Made by a program: the position numbers and the translations under genes. The notes under the pieces were generated by a model that was given only the letters and a program-made list of their open reading frames with translations, searched no databases and was not told the origin of the DNA. A stretch of DNA of 43,000 bases from a virus. The stretch spans positions 1 to 43,000 of IMG/VR virus record IMGVR_UViG_3300045938_000052; one strand, written 5' to 3'. Below are positions 42,403 through 43,000 of the stretch, piece after piece. The stretch's first letter is position 1. Each line of letters begins with the position of its first letter.

Positions 42403-43000
42403 GCATCAAGGTCATGACGATGGTGTTCGACCGCTACCCGGTGGGTGGCAGCGAGCGCCTGCTGGCGCTTGCCATGGCCGACCACGCGCGCGACGACGGC
42501 ACGCGGATCTGGCCGTCGCTCGACGAGCTGGCGCGCAAGACGCTGCAGAGTCGAAGCACCGTGAAGCGGCAGATCGCGCGCATGCTGCTGATCGGCTGGC
42601 TCGAGCGTGTTGGCGACGGCACGGGCCGCGGCAAGACGAACGAGTACCGCATCAGCCCGGCCTGGATCGCGGGTGAATTGCTGCAGGCGACGCCGCCAGC
42701 GGCGGCTGTTACAGGTGTGGATGGAGTTATCCACAAGGGGTCCAATCTGAACCCCTTTCCCGAGGCCGAAAAGGGGTCCATCCACGACCGAAAGGGGTTC
42801 ATCCGCGATCGAAAGGGGTTCACAGCTGTGCACCCCGAATCTTCAGAACCGTCAAGAACCGTATCCCCCCTACCCCCCGGCGGGGGGGTGGCCGGGTTCG
42901 ATGAGGTGTTCGCCGAATACCCGGTCAAGGCGAACCGAGCGAAGGCCATGCGGCGATGGATGCGCATCGCGCCCACCGAAGCGGATCGCGCGGCGATGCT
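42399..43000 (+). CDS. Replication initiator (O-like, N-terminal HTH), 3' end runs off the window and continues at 1..437
   Basis: ATGA overlap with the cII-like stop. Sequence is MSIKVMTMVFDRYPVGGSERLLALAMADHARDDGTRIWPSLDELARKTLQSRSTVKRQIARML.... The frame is open to 43000. Confidence 0.85.
   Translation, partial: MSIKVMTMVFDRYPVGGSERLLALAMADHARDDGTRIWPSLDELARKTLQSRSTVKRQIARMLLIGWLERVGDGTGRGKTNEYRISPAWIAGELLQATPPAAAVTGVDGVIHKGSNLNPFPEAEKGSIHDRKGFIRDRKGFTAVHPESSEPSRTVSPLPPGGGVAGFDEVFAEYPVKANRAKAMRRWMRIAPTEADRAAM
42735..42822 (+). repeat. Iteron array (candidate ori) inside the initiator gene
   Basis: The core AAGGGGT(C/T)CA occurs at 42735, 42771, 42792 and 42813; the last three are spaced 21 bp apart. 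One inverted copy (TGAACCCCTTTC) lies at 42748-42759. Confidence 0.75.
42874..43000. repeat. Right copy of the 127-bp identical window ends (circular wrap)
   Basis: Identical to 1-127. Confidence 0.95.

Larger units (their letters stand above)
1..42873. mobile_element. Complete temperate lambda/HK97-like siphovirus genome, circular unit 42,873 bp (window wraps by 127 bp)
   Basis: All phage modules are present (immunity, replication, packaging, HK97 head, tail, lysis, integrase/excisionase). There are no flanking host genes. Bases 1-127 equal 42874-43000. Confidence 0.85.

Noticed and set aside
42735-42822. Short direct repeats considered as a possible mini-CRISPR array
   Set aside because: The repeats are only ~10 bp with 21-bp phasing, lie inside the initiator ORF, and no cas genes are present. 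The pattern fits replication iterons.

Overview
The window is one complete, circularly closed temperate phage genome. Its unit length is 42,873 bp: bases 1-127 are identical to 42874-43000, so the window wraps. It is high-GC and organised like a lambda/HK97-type siphovirus.

Gene order:
- Rightward early genes: Cro-like, CII-like, an O-like initiator with internal iterons (it crosses the window junction), a small wHTH protein and a Zn-finger protein in the Q position.
- A hairpin terminator, then HNH endonuclease, terS (P27 type), terL, HK97 portal, prohead protease and major capsid.
- An atypical ~6 kb six-gene insert (7477-13417), which includes a 1050-aa protein with two tandem SGNH esterase domains.
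- Head-tail connector genes, major tail protein, G/GT chaperones with an A-AAA-AAC -1 slip site, and tape measure.
- Minor tail genes, a single 1726-aa fused K/I/J-like tip protein and a tail-fibre assembly protein.
- An 830-aa signal-peptide protein paralogous to the SGNH giant.
- A lysis cassette with a GH19 endolysin, then a Dam-type methyltransferase.
- A strongly AT-rich minus-strand cassette, then attP-like repeats, integrase and excisionase.
- A leftward early operon: MazG-like/DUF551, PAPS-reductase-like, HD, DUF2303 and a chain of tiny coupled membrane ORFs.
- PL operator, CI-like repressor and PR operator.

No rRNA, tRNA, CRISPR array or transposon was found.

Most interesting candidates:
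1. The AT-rich two-gene cassette beside dam and int (32151-33250), a candidate defence or restriction module with an Rx5H HEPN-like motif.
2. The head-module insert with the tandem-SGNH protein, together with its secreted paralog.
3. The cluster of three nucleotide-handling enzymes in the early-left operon.

All functional calls come from motif and family recognition by eye. No database search was possible.
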